The notes under the pieces were generated by a model, which was not told the DNA's origin, searched no databases, and saw only the letters and a list, made by a program, of their open reading frames with translations. Positions 40,651 through 51,292 of a DNA stretch of 64,000 nucleotides are shown here, one piece after another (within the stretch, counting starts at the first letter, position 1; every line of letters starts with the position of its first letter). Source of the stretch: Harriotta raleighana (lineage: Eukaryota); NCBI GenBank assembly GCA_050575255.1, contig JBNZDD010013586.1, positions 587,083-651,082 on the forward strand. Direction: 5' to 3'. Both the position numbers and the translations under genes were made by a program.

Positions 40651-41748
40651 TATACAAAGCCACATCTAATACTGTGTCAGGACCAGAGACAATTTTGTGA
40701 GGTTTAAGATTTTACCCCCAAATTTATAATTATGTCCCAAACGGAGGAGGAAAAATATTTTTCTCTCTTCTCGCTTCATTCAACTCTCACTCTGCCGTTT
40801 TGCACTGCTGCTGGCTGCTTGTGGGAGGCAGATGCGAAGAAAAATTTAATGAAAACACTGACAAAAACACCGCCGGAGAACAAAGTGGCCACCTACATGA
40901 AACCGCTCAACAGCTCAGTCTTCAGGGACATTTGTATGACCCCCAAAAAAATTAAAGAGCGAGCCATACTCCACAAACAATACATCAGGTACCCTCCCCT
41001 TGTTGACTGTAGTACAGCTGTGATTGGGAACCACAGCTGTATTCAGTTTTTATAGCTCGAAAGATGCAAAGTAAATTCCGTTGAGGGTAAATTTAACTCA
41101 GTTGTTAAAACGAGCTGAAGATTTTCCATTACTCAATAGCCTATTTCTATGAAACGCATTCTTTTACATCAATATACCTCAGGTGAGTGCAGGTCAATCG
41201 CTTGTCGAGAATAATCCAAACATAAAATCCGTGCACATTCCTAACTTCACGATCCGCGTTGGAAATGGGTGGAATCACACCCCCCCCCCCCCCTCCCCTC
41301 CTCCTCCCCCTACCCCGCCCACCCCCTCCCGGGTAGGTAGGTTTATACTCTGTAATAATTTACCCCGAAACAACATGCTGCGGGAACACATCTCAATCTA
41401 GGCAGACTCCGCCCAAAACATTGTTCCGTGGCCAGGTTCGGAGAGTTGAGGCGACTGTTATAGCGGGTGGTTAGTTCTGTACCGCGGCTATTTTGGTACA
41501 TTTTTTGCACTTTCCAGAAGCTGAGATGCATGTTCAGGTTTGCAGGCGGGCCAGGCAGTTCGAGTACAATAAACTGCAACGTGATAGTAATGGAAATATG
41601 GAAACATTCTGGGTCCTTCATATACCCCATGCTGAAGGCTTACACTGCCGTTGTATTGCTGCATTTGCACACACAGATAGTATAGACATCGCTCTAATTG
41701 TCCAAGAGCTCCGAACCCTGAAAGACTTCAGGGAGCAAAACGCGTCCT
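37905..41748 (-). other. PREX1: Probable PREX1 3'UTR (~3.8 kb)
   Basis: Follows the stop codon; no copies of the abundant SINE seen; U-rich end on the sense strand; candidate poly(A) signal near 37930. The end position is inferred. Confidence 0.5.
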
Positions 41749-41791
41749 TCATAGGTCCCCATCCGAAGGTGGCTGGCATAACTGGTACAAT
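41749..41791 (-). CDS. PREX1: PREX1 last coding exon (RLYQLCQPPSDGDL*)
   Basis: tag acceptor, TGA stop at 41751-41749; matches the P-Rex1 C-terminus RLYRLCQPPVDGDL. Confidence 0.96.
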
Positions 41792-41994
41792 CTAGAAGGA
41801 AATACGGAATGGGGGTTGTTAAGAGTTTACAACAGTATAGTTACTTCACCAATTCACAGCAACAAGAGCGCAGGGCAAAGCCGGAAAGCAGTCAAAATGA
41901 TTCATTATTCTTAACAAGTGTTTCATTATTATTTTTCGGGTTGCATTTTCGCTGGGCAGGTTGCACTAGCTTCGGCTGATCTCTTTATATTTGA

Positions 41995-42112
41995 CTGGCC
42001 ACAAAATCTACATTTAATTCACTCTACAGTGTATTACGTAAAGCGCTTTCAGAAGTCTCAAAGACTTGATGAGGCGCCTTGTCAAATACAAGTATTATTA
42101 TTATTATTATTA
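41995..42112 (+). mobile_element. SINE tail fragment in the last PREX1 intron
   Basis: aattcactctacagt...aagcgctttc...caaatacaag(tat)n. Confidence 0.7.
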
Positions 42113-42202
42113 ACATCTTCACATCAAATGAAAGTTTAGTCAGTGTCCCATTCTAAGAGCACTCGCACAAGTGCGATACATTCCCCAGTGCTTTTTTACT
42201 TA

Positions 42203-42246
42203 TGTGTGTGTGTGTGTGTGTGGTGTGTGTGTGGTGTGTGTGTGTG
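42203..42246. repeat. (GT)n microsatellite just past a PREX1 exon donor
   Basis: Visible; similar tracts at 35949-35980, 37276-37302, 40616-40651 and 45726-45770. Confidence 0.85.
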
Positions 42247-42260
42247 CAATTGCAACTTAC

Positions 42261-42328
42261 CTTGGTGCAGACTGTGGCATTTGATCCATTACTTTCAAGT
42301 TCTTGGCTGAATTCTCAACCCGAGCACC
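42261..42328 (-). CDS. PREX1: PREX1 exon (GARVENSAKNLKVMDQMPQSAP)
   Basis: cag/gtaagt boundaries, 68 nt. Confidence 0.95.
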
Positions 42329-42471
42329 CTGCCGAAATGTTGAAAGAGAAAAGCATTATGTTTTTGTGTGGCTGATTTGAGAAACGATGACGTTTGACTC
42401 GAGTGTCGATAGAAACGCCGTCAAAACGGTCAAGGACAATCAGTCATTGGGGGTTTCCATTTGAACGTCAC

Positions 42472-42574
42472 CTGTTTCCTCATGATGTCCGTGGCCTGCA
42501 TTATGCACCTCGGTAGGAGGCCATGACTGCGAGCCAAAATAACTGCTTGCTCCAGGGTTACACTCAAAGTGCTC
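42472..42574 (-). CDS. PREX1: PREX1 exon ([35 protein letters not shown])
   Basis: cag/gtgacg boundaries, 103 nt. Confidence 0.96.
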
Positions 42575-42659
42575 CTGAAAAAAAAAAAAAAATAGGACAG
42601 AAAGAAAATATTAGGGTCATTTCATTTTACAGCATAGGGCACAGTCAATTCACTTTACA

Positions 42660-42915
42660 AGCGAGTGACTCGAGTTCAATTCCCGAAAGCGTGAAACCTT
42701 GGGCAGCTTTCCTTACTCCACACGCCCAACAATAATCACTCAAAACAAATAATAAATTCAATCCACGACTGTTTGTGGGGGACGCTGCTGTGCGCAATTG
42801 GCTGCCGCGTTGCGCCCACAAATGTACAGTCAATTCACCGTACAGTATATTCTGTGAAGCGCTTTGAAACGTCTCGAAGACGTGATAAGGAGCTACATCC
42901 AATGCAGGGATTCTT
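42660..42915 (+). mobile_element. SINE (5' truncated) in PREX1 intron
   Basis: gttcaattcc B-box, aaaccttgggc, core and tail. Confidence 0.85.
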
Positions 42916-43261
42916 AGAATCTTTCTTAATATTATTTAACAGACCCTCTATGTTACACTTACACAGACAATGTAGCTGCTGATCGGAGATAAAATAAAAG
43001 GTTAAGCCCATAATCTTTTAAGATCAAGTACTTAAGGAAACATTTTGTTTCACAGAAATACTGTGTGTGTGTGGTGTGTGTGTGTGGTGTGTGTGCNAAG
43101 ATCAAGTACTTAAGGAAACATTTTGTTTCACAGAAATACTGTGTGTGCGTGTGTGTGGTGTGTGTGCNTACACTTACACAGACAATGTAGCTGCTGATCG
43201 GAGATAAAATAAAAGGTTAAGCCCATAATCTTTTAAGATCAAGTACTTAAGGAAACATTTT

Positions 43262-43432
43262 NNNNNNNNNNNNNNNNNNNNNNNNNNNNNNNNNNNNNNN
43301 NNNNNNNNNNNNNNNNNNNNNNNNNNNNNNNNNNNNNNNNNNNNNNNNNNNNNNNNNNNNNNNNNNNNNNNNNNNNNNNNNNNNNNNNNNNNNNNNNNNN
43401 NNNNNNNNNNNNNNNNNNNNNNNNNNNNNNNN
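43262..43432. other. Assembly gap (N run) in PREX1 intron
   Basis: Run of n; the flanking exons join in frame, so no constitutive coding exon appears to be missing. Confidence 0.95.
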
Positions 43433-43587
43433 TTCAGCCATAAATCTCAAGTCAGCCCTAGGCCATCACTGCACAGTTGAGCATAAATATTCCAAAGTGC
43501 AGGTACGAAAAGATTTCCTTCGGTTTTTCTGGGTTAACTGCAAACAGCAAAGACTCGCTACAAGGCGAGTGACGAGCAAGCAGTTAC

Positions 43588-43778
43588 CTCTGCATGCCAG
43601 TGCTGCACATAACAATCTGACAAGCTCCAAGGCGGTTGCAGAGCTCCGAAGAGATGGGTATGACGGCGATTCCGGATGCTTGACTGCTCGAGTTCAGTGT
43701 GGGTGCTGAATGTTTCGAGCCAATGTACAATTCCATCAAACGCCTAAGTTCTTCCAGTGCATTGAGTGGACGTAACAG
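43588..43778 (-). CDS. PREX1: PREX1 exon ([15 protein letters not shown]...[22 protein letters not shown]), carries the degenerate CX5R loop
   Basis: cag/gtaac boundaries, 191 nt. Confidence 0.96.
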
Positions 43779-43816
43779 CTGCAAGGGTCAAAGAAGAATA
43801 CCATATTGGGGTAAGA

Positions 43817-44275
43817 GTCCTGTAGCTGAAGAGGTTCGAGCACTCGCCTTACAAGCGTCAGACCTGTGTTCGAATCCAGGCAGATCAGGGCAAAACCTTG
43901 GGCAAGTTTCCTTACTCCACACACACACACACACACACACGCCTAATAATAATCCCTCCAAAAAAACCCACAAGAATAAAATTGGTCATTTCAATCCACG
44001 ACTGTTTGTGGGGGGGGGGGGAACGTTGCTGTGCGCAATTGGCTGCCGTNACACACACACACACACACGCCTAATAATAATCCCTCCAAAAAAACCCACA
44101 AGAATAAAATTGGTCATTTCAATCCACGACTGTTTGTGGGGGGGGGGAACGCTGCTGTGCGCAATTGGCTGCCGCGTTTCACCCACAAATGTACTGTCCC
44201 GTTCATTCTGCAGTATATTCTGTGAAGCACTTTGAGACGTCTAGAAGACATGAAAAGCGCTCTTATCGAATGTGC
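43817..44275 (+). mobile_element. Full-length tRNA-derived SINE (middle part duplicated at an assembly N)
   Basis: gtcctgtagctgaagaggtt...gttcgaatccaggcag head, core and tail. Confidence 0.88.
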
Positions 44276-44362
44276 TGAACTATCTGAGGATTCATAACCA
44301 CGCTGGCAGAAAGGGGTGCACAATTGGAATCACAGGACTCTGGATCACGGGAGATATCTTAC

Positions 44363-44429
44363 CCGATTTATCTTTACAGCCGTCGTGGAAGAGTCTGAAG
44401 GTAAATTTGATCTTTCCAGATAGAAAGCC
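44363..44429 (-). CDS. PREX1: PREX1 exon (RAFYLERSNLPSDSSTTAVKINR)
   Basis: cag/gtaaga boundaries, 67 nt; AFYLERSNLP motif. Confidence 0.95.
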
Positions 44430-44833
44430 CTGCGGGAAGATTAGAAACATAGAAGTCAGTCGCTGTGAGTTAAGTTAGCCTTAAGAAGGAGGACACTGCG
44501 AAAGATCGAGTTGATCTAACGTTAAGGATACGTGGGAAACATAAGAATTACGTTTAGATTTGTCAGTGACTTTTCACGTTTAAAGTGATGAAGAAAGGAA
44601 TGAAACCACTGCTTTAAAGAAAGCGTTTCCCCTCACTTAATACTCCTTAGGCCCTCCTGCACAGTACGCAATAACTGACTTCTCCCATAATCCCAACACA
44701 CCGGAGGTAAAAACTACATCAGGTCAACACAGCAGAATCCAAGAACGAGAAACGGAAATGCGTTTGGGTTTTTTGCAAACCAACCAGCGGCCGCAAAAGC
44801 TCCGACCCCTTATCTAGCGAATGTTTAGCTTAC

Positions 44834-44939
44834 CTGAGTTTGCGATAATAAGATTTCACTTTTTCAAGAGATGCTAAATTGATCTGCTGTTGAAATTCCT
44901 CCACGGGCCCATTTTCGACAGAACAATGTCCCTCGAGGG
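44834..44939 (-). CDS. PREX1: PREX1 exon (ALEGHCSVENGPVEEFQQQINLASLEKVKSYYRKL)
   Basis: tag/gtaagc boundaries, 106 nt. Confidence 0.94.
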
Positions 44940-45068
44940 CTACGGAATAAAATAAGATACAATCATGCGCCTCAACTCGACCCTTTGATGTGACTGCTAT
45001 TTTTTCTAAATGATCATTATTATGATAGAAAACCTAAATTCTTGTTTAAAGTAGCCAGTCAGTCGTAC

Positions 45069-45212
45069 CTTGTGTGAACAGCACAGTGTAGAGTTTTAAA
45101 CTTCCGCAGTTCTGAAACTTTGAAGGCAGCTCCGCAAAGTTTTGCAAATCGAGGTAAAAAATGACCTTCAGGGATTGGCGGTTTCCTTCGATTTGATAAG
45201 TGATGGGGCTAT
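45069..45212 (-). CDS. PREX1: PREX1 exon (NSPITYQIEGNRQSLKVIFYLD...LKLYTVLFTQ)
   Basis: cag/gtacga boundaries, 144 nt; matches IEGSRQALKVIFYLD. Confidence 0.95.
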
Positions 45213-45787
45213 CTGTAACAACATCAAGAGATGGGTGTTCAGGGCCTAGTTATTCCATTGCATCGCACTGACATTGAACGCAGCATACTGCAATACCAGA
45301 ACATCCTGGTTTTAATAACTTGAGGTGAAACCTTTCACTGATGCGCTAAAAATGAGTTGCTCACAGCGATTCAATCCCGCTGTGAAACTATTTGGCCTTT
45401 TCATTCCCGATTAAAATGACAGTCGAATGCAGCCTGGCTTCCCTCCCAACAAACTGCATATTGCCGGGAAACTAGCCCGACCTGTCAATTGATTGTGGTT
45501 TTGTATCTTGGTGGAAAGGCCGTCGCTGTGAACTTGGGACACTCACAGCTGAGGAAAAGGGTCCGCCGGAATTTACTGAACGAGCGATTTCTCAGTTTAG
45601 CGTTTCAAACCAGGAGCAAATTCACCACGACTCAATATCTGTCAGGAAATGATCGTGCGCTTTGCTCCGCATCACGAAAAAATAAAGAGGATCTCCGTAA
45701 TGATCCGAACTGTTGCGGATGTCCTTGTGTGTGTGTGTGTGTGCGCGCGTGTGAGAGAGAGAGAGAGAGAAAAAGAAAAATCCTTAC

Positions 45788-45890
45788 TTGCTACTGGATA
45801 TTCACGCTCCAGCTGTCTGAAGTAGAAGGTTACGTTATCGAGATCAGACAAGGTGACCTTGGAATCTTCCAGCCTGGTGCGCTCATCGCT
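45788..45890 (-). CDS. PREX1: PREX1 exon (SDERTRLEDSKVTLSDLDNVTFYFRQLEREYPVA)
   Basis: cag/gtaagg boundaries, 103 nt. Confidence 0.94.
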
Positions 45891-46862
45891 CTGTGCAGCA
45901 GAAGGCAAAAGACACCCATTAGTCTCGGGTATCAAAGCGAATTGCACGCAATGCCCAGCTTGGACGTAGAAAAGCCAATAACGCAGCTGACTTCTGATTT
46001 ACCAGAAAGCCTCTCCGGGATCTATTGCAAGGTTCACTTTGCCGAAGAAATCAGATACCGGTGCTTTCTACGTTTGTGAGATGGTCAGGCACGTTAATCA
46101 GCTAATAAAAGATGCCTTAGGAACTTCTCTGTGGTCGCGGAGCCTGGGACAGGATGAAGGCGCAAGGCAACCTGAGCTCCGCTCGCAAATCTCCCAACAG
46201 TTACCTCACCGGTGGCATAGGCTTTTGCCTATGGATTTGTTGGTTTATATATAAAGAAGGAAGGGGAACAGACCGGTGGCAGCATGGAAACAGGCCATTT
46301 GGGCCGGCATAAATCTGTGCCAGCATTAATACTCTGCGCACGCCTCCACCTCTCCTCTCCCCCGCAGCTCTCCACTGTATTGCCTTCGCCCTCATGGATG
46401 GGTACTTGTTAGGTCAGGTTGTTAAGGGATAGGGGGCAAGGGCGGGTAATTGGACTCGATCAGCCATGATCTTATAGAATGGCAGAACCGGCTCGAAGGG
46501 CTGAATGGTACACTCCTCTGTTTCCAGGTTTCACGTCTGCATCGAATTTCCTCTTCAACACGTCCGTGAATTTGTTTTGGATTTTTTTTGTTTGTTTTTT
46601 AAGCTTTGACCAAAGTTTTCTGGCTCGCGACATGACAAACAAGAGAGCGTTCACTCTGTTTGACCTTTAAACACCAGAGATGGCAGAGATCAAACAAAAG
46701 AAAAGGCCACTTTAAAAAACACCGAGTTGACAACTTTCGCAAATTTTGTTTAACTCACTGCCACCCCCCCCCCCCCCNNNNNNNNNCCCCCCCCCCCCCC
46801 CCCCCCCCCCCACCCCTTCCCCCCCGCTTTCCTACACGCCTCTCGCAACACGAAAGACCTAC

Positions 46863-47080
46863 CACATTCAGTGAAAGCAGTGCCTGGAAGTTGAGGAGGA
46901 CCCCAGTGGCAGCGATTTGCTCAAGCCAGTTCTTGCTGGCCTCTTTGCTCTCCTCTTCGTACTCTCCATTGTTGTTGTACCTGTGGTTCAGTGCAGCCAG
47001 AAGCTGCTCCGTAAAGCTGCAGATGGCTGCTACAAGGCTCTGGCAGAAAAGGACATCTCGTCGCAGCTGTAACTCTAGAT
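46863..47080 (-). CDS. PREX1: PREX1 exon ([23 protein letters not shown]...[10 protein letters not shown]...QALLSLNV)
   Basis: cag/gtaggt boundaries, 218 nt; [10 protein letters not shown] is PREX1-type rather than PREX2-type. Confidence 0.96.
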
Positions 47081-47454
47081 CTGGAGGAGGAGGAGGAGGA
47101 GAATAAAGAAGGTTGAAGATAAGCAAGGAACCGTAAATCAGAAGAGACAAGTAGATCTAATGGATCAGTAATGTTTTTAGGGCTTCCTTCAAAAGGGCGC
47201 CCGATCCGCCTTTACTCGGTACAAGAATATGATTGTAACAGATACCGCTCCAAAATAGCCACAAATANTGGAGGAGGAGGAGGAGGAGGAGGAGGAGAAT
47301 AAAGAAGGTTGAAGATAAGCAAGGAACCGTAAATCAGAAGAGACAAGTAGATCTAATGGACCAGTAATGTTTTTAGGGCTTCCTTCAAAAGGGCGCCCGA
47401 TCCGCCATTACTCGGTACAAGAATATGATTGTAACAAGATAGCGCTCCAAAACG

Positions 47455-47555
47455 GCCACAAATATACAAATATTCTGTGAAGCGCTTTGAGATGTCCAGA
47501 AGACATGAAAAGCGCTATATCAAATGCAAGGATTATATCAAATGCAAGGATTACA
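47455..47555 (+). mobile_element. SINE tail with duplicated terminal unit
   Basis: (tatatcaaatgcaaggat)2. Confidence 0.75.
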
Positions 47556-47751
47556 AAATGTGGAAATAGCTAGACTACCAAGCGACAGCTTCCTCAGGTC
47601 TTATGTTCTCAAGCTGCTAAGTCATTCACTCCCATGGGAAAACCGGAATGAGACCAATGAGAGCCAATCCATTTCGACTGCACTTTGCTCTTCAGAAACC
47701 AAATACACCAAGAAACCAGCGTGGACTCAAGTCTAAATTTCTTTTAAAACA

Positions 47752-47915
47752 ATAATTATTTGGTCACTCAATCCTCGAGTGTTTGTGGGACACTGCTGTG
47801 CGCAATTGGCTGCCACGTTTCTCTCCAAAACACACAGTCAATTCAATTTGCAGTATATCCCACAAAGTTCGTTGAGACGTCCCAAAGACGTGACCAAATG
47901 CAATGGATTATTATC
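47752..47915 (+). mobile_element. SINE 3' half
   Basis: ggtcactcaatcc...gctgtgcgcaattggctgcc core. Confidence 0.8.
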
Positions 47916-48495
47916 ATTGGCACAAAACTGTTAGGAAGAGAAGTCTGCCGCACAACATAAATACCAGTCACCAATAGCTGAACTAATGTAAGGAACAGAT
48001 AAGAAGAGTTTTGATTCCACCGAGGATCCAAGGGGGTTCGTGGTGGGAGATGGACGGCTATGATTCGAGCCGCAATTTTGATCTCCTGTGATGTGGATTG
48101 TGTTTATCTCAGATGCTTATCTAGTGTCGGAAGCCAGCCAGCCAGTCAGTGCATGAAGCGTAACTCACTTACAATACATTAGAGGTCCATCACCTGTAAA
48201 CGGACTCAGGCTATAGCGAGTTGTGTTATAACGGTGGACAGATTGTATTTGGGAATCTTTTTTCATTTGAGCTTTGATGCTGAGTTCCATGATTCATAAA
48301 ACATTTACCAATCATTTCATGCAGTCGATTCCTGTGAAATGTGCTTTCCTATCAGGGCAAAGCAACCTTTTCCCCCTGAGCATGTGGCATATGGTTCTTT
48401 AATACATCAATTTATAGAGTAAGACAAATAACTTTCAGGAGAGAAGCATATCGGTTTGGTTCAGCACGTTCACGGAGATTAAAGGCATGTTTTAC

Positions 48496-48537
48496 CTGTG
48501 CAGTGAAGTAGAGCCAAAAGCAACTGATTCTTCCCAT
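48496..48537 (-). CDS. PREX1: PREX1 short exon (DGKNQLLLALLHCT)
   Basis: cag/gtaaaa boundaries, 42 nt; matches DGKNQLLLALLKCT. Confidence 0.94.
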
Positions 48538-49469
48538 CTGTGGGGATCAAGAGTATGAAAGGTTATTTAGAGAAATTCTTATTTTCTTTTTTTTAAAATG
48601 CAGGAAAATCACATTAGACGCATCAATAAAAAGGGAAAACATGAAACTTTTCAAATCCTTTTAGTCGTCATAGCAACAGGCATTAATTTGCATGCCTCAG
48701 TGATCGATTCCGCATCCGAAAATAAGGATATTTTGAATGTAAAAGACATCAATGAATAAATTATTCAAGGAGAATTTAGAGAGGTAACGGTTTAAAATGG
48801 TAGATCAAGGATCTTGCAATCATGTTCAGTTCGCCCTCTCTTTCACGCCTGAGAATGACTGAATTCCAGAACACGGGACAAAGTGTTTCAAGACAAGAAC
48901 ATGAAAGAAATATCTTGGGAGTACAGCTGTAAAACAACTCAAATGTGCCATGACCCCGCGCAAAATCCCACGATGGGAGACATGACTGCACCAGGCGTTC
49001 AAACTAATATGAAAGAATGTGCGCAGCCTGTAATGATAGGATTTAGAACCTGCACTTGCTATGTACAGCCAAAGGCAGAGAGAGGGAAAGAAACAAAATC
49101 ATCCTGGAAACCGTCCAAAATCATGTGATAAGATTGTCCATCACATCAATTCTGAATGTATCAAGTGGCAATCTTAAAAAATAACCAGAAACCTCTAAAG
49201 ATACGATAAAGCTCATCTCCGGTCAATCATTCAAACTGTTGACCTTTGCGACTTCGAAGAACGCAGCAGCAAACAGGCTCCTATTTTCACCGAGGGTGGA
49301 AAACGGCTGAGATTAAAGCGAAAATAAAACAATTCTAAAATGCTTGGGTCATAGAGGGTTAGGGTTAGAGCATCAACAGCGCTCTCATCTGCTACTCTTG
49401 ATCCTAAAGCCTTTCAATCAGAAGATGCTGAATTGACTGGTGGAAGATTCAGCTAGACTTTATGAANGG

Positions 49470-49471
<2 letters not shown>

Positions 49472-49554
<83 letters not shown>
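49472..49554. repeat. Poly-G tract (~80 nt) next to an assembly N
   Basis: Directly visible homopolymer; its length is unreliable. Confidence 0.8.
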
Positions 49555-49555
<1 letters not shown>

Positions 49556-49574
49556 GATGGGGGAAACGACTAAC

Positions 49575-49703
49575 CTTCCACATACTCCTGTACATTGTCC
49601 ACCAGGGCACTGATCGAGCTCGGGAGGTTCCAAGGATCTTCCTGCACGTGGGTTTGGATTAAACTCCGACATTTGATGTTTCGATCGACTTTCTGTTGGA
49701 ATT
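49575..49703 (-). CDS. PREX1: PREX1 exon ([43 protein letters not shown])
   Basis: tag/gttagt boundaries, 129 nt; QEDPWNLP motif. Confidence 0.95.
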
Positions 49704-50721
49704 CTAAAGAGAAACTCGTCAAATGAATGGATGTCTTCACAGATAAAAGTTTTTAAAAAAACAAGTTTTTAGAGGGTCATCAATTTTTTGGAGCAGTTAA
49801 GAATATCCTCCCCTCGTCACGGACTTTCCGTCTCTCTCTCCCAGAGTGTAATTGTCAATCAAAGAATTACGACTGAGGGGTCACGTAGAAAGTTGTGGTT
49901 TTATACAGTAGATACACCCTCTGTGNTCTCTCTCTCCCAGAGTGTAATTGTCAATCAAAGAATTACGACTGAGGGGGTCACGTAGAAAGTTGTGGTTTTA
50001 TACAGTAGATAGACCCTACAGCTGGTCAGACCCACACGATTGGTGGAGTTACTTGATTGCTCGCTTTAATTCAATGGGAGTACACTGGGTTAGGGAGTGT
50101 GTGGGCATTGTATGTGAGCAAGTGACACAAACTTTTTATGAGAGCTGTGGAGAGAATGGAAACTTCTGAGGAATCCTGGTGTTGTTAATAACCCTGTGAT
50201 CCTGACTTGATGTTTGGTCGTCAAACCACAGCTCGCTCTGTGATACACCTCTGTGCTCTTCCAAAAGACAGCATTGTGGAGAGAATCCACTGAGTGCATT
50301 CAACGATGCACAAAAAAAACATATTCTACCTTAGCAACTTTCCGGATTCAAAAGCTGCTGATTGTAGACATCTAACGTCTCAGATTCAATGAGTTCCAAT
50401 GCGTAGTACACGAGAGCAAACTACTCAAAGCTGTACTTCCACGTATCGAAACTACAGTCAATTCCTCACCAAAAGAAACACTAGTTTGTCAACACCAAAC
50501 AGCAGATGTTTCCAGGGACCGTCCAGGATAGATTGATTAGTCTGCACTGAGTGTAACACCGAGTGTGCACTGATCGTGTTTTAACAACAGGAATCTACAG
50601 ACACTCCAAGTGACTGCCCATTACTCTATCTAGAATTTCAAGCATTTCAAAAGCCATCATAACATTCAACTCAGCAGAGGTTCGCCACTGAACTTTTATG
50701 ACCAGGAGCCGGCTGAATTAC

Positions 50722-50812
50722 CTTGTATGTTATACTCTGTGTTGAAGTCCTTTGTCTCTTCAAAGGCCTTGGCCATAACTGAGCCCTTAAGGAGTGCATC
50801 GATTGAGTCTAC
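50722..50812 (-). CDS. PREX1: PREX1 exon (VDSIDALLKGSVMAKAFEETKDFNTEYNIQ)
   Basis: cag/gtaatt boundaries, 91 nt. Confidence 0.95.
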
Positions 50813-50908
50813 CTGCAAGGAATAAAGCACGAAACATGAAACGTCAGTGAACAGCGCGGTACAAATCTAAAATCCGCAGTGTGTTGTCGGCGGTGAACGC
50901 ACACCGAC

Positions 50909-50991
50909 CTGGTTGAAGAGGTGCTCCAAGCAACCGTGCAATTTATCCTGCTTGTCAAGTGGGATCCTCATGTCGCAAGGGAGCTCGTCGC
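50909..50991 (-). CDS. PREX1: PREX1 exon ([28 protein letters not shown])
   Basis: cag/gtcggt boundaries, 83 nt; nearly identical to recalled human P-Rex1. Confidence 0.96.
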
Positions 50992-51203
50992 CTGTTTGAA
51001 AACACAAGGAAGGAAATAAACACCGGGGAAGATTTCGTGAGCAGCAACTGTTAAAAATGCCTTCCGTTCACCGTCATCCAAGTCGGAGGCGTTTCACAAC
51101 GTGGGCACGCGGGACTGCAAACCCCGCGTGAAACATTTTCAGGCAAAACTCCTACGCGCAAATCCGCGTATGTCTTTTATCGGAATTGCGAGTGCAAACT
51201 CAC

Positions 51204-51292
51204 CCGACCCCATTTCGTCACTGCCCAGGTAGGAGCTCCTACTTCGATCGCTGGTGCAGGATAGCACGGAATCCCGGTTGCTGTTGCATTCG
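51204..51292 (-). CDS. PREX1: PREX1 exon ([29 protein letters not shown])
   Basis: cag/gtgagt boundaries, 89 nt; absent from the ORF track, read manually. Confidence 0.95.

Noticed and set aside
43699-44235. 178-aa ORF and other ORFs containing GTLLCAIGCRV
   Set aside because: Translations of the SINE core, recurring wherever the SINE occurs
45489-46079. 196-aa plus-strand ORF
   Set aside because: Antisense to a PREX1 exon and spans a microsatellite; no recognisable domain
46863-47080. Call as INPP4A/B or PREX2
   Set aside because: Lacks CKSAKDR; [10 protein letters not shown] and the DGDL C-terminus are PREX1-type
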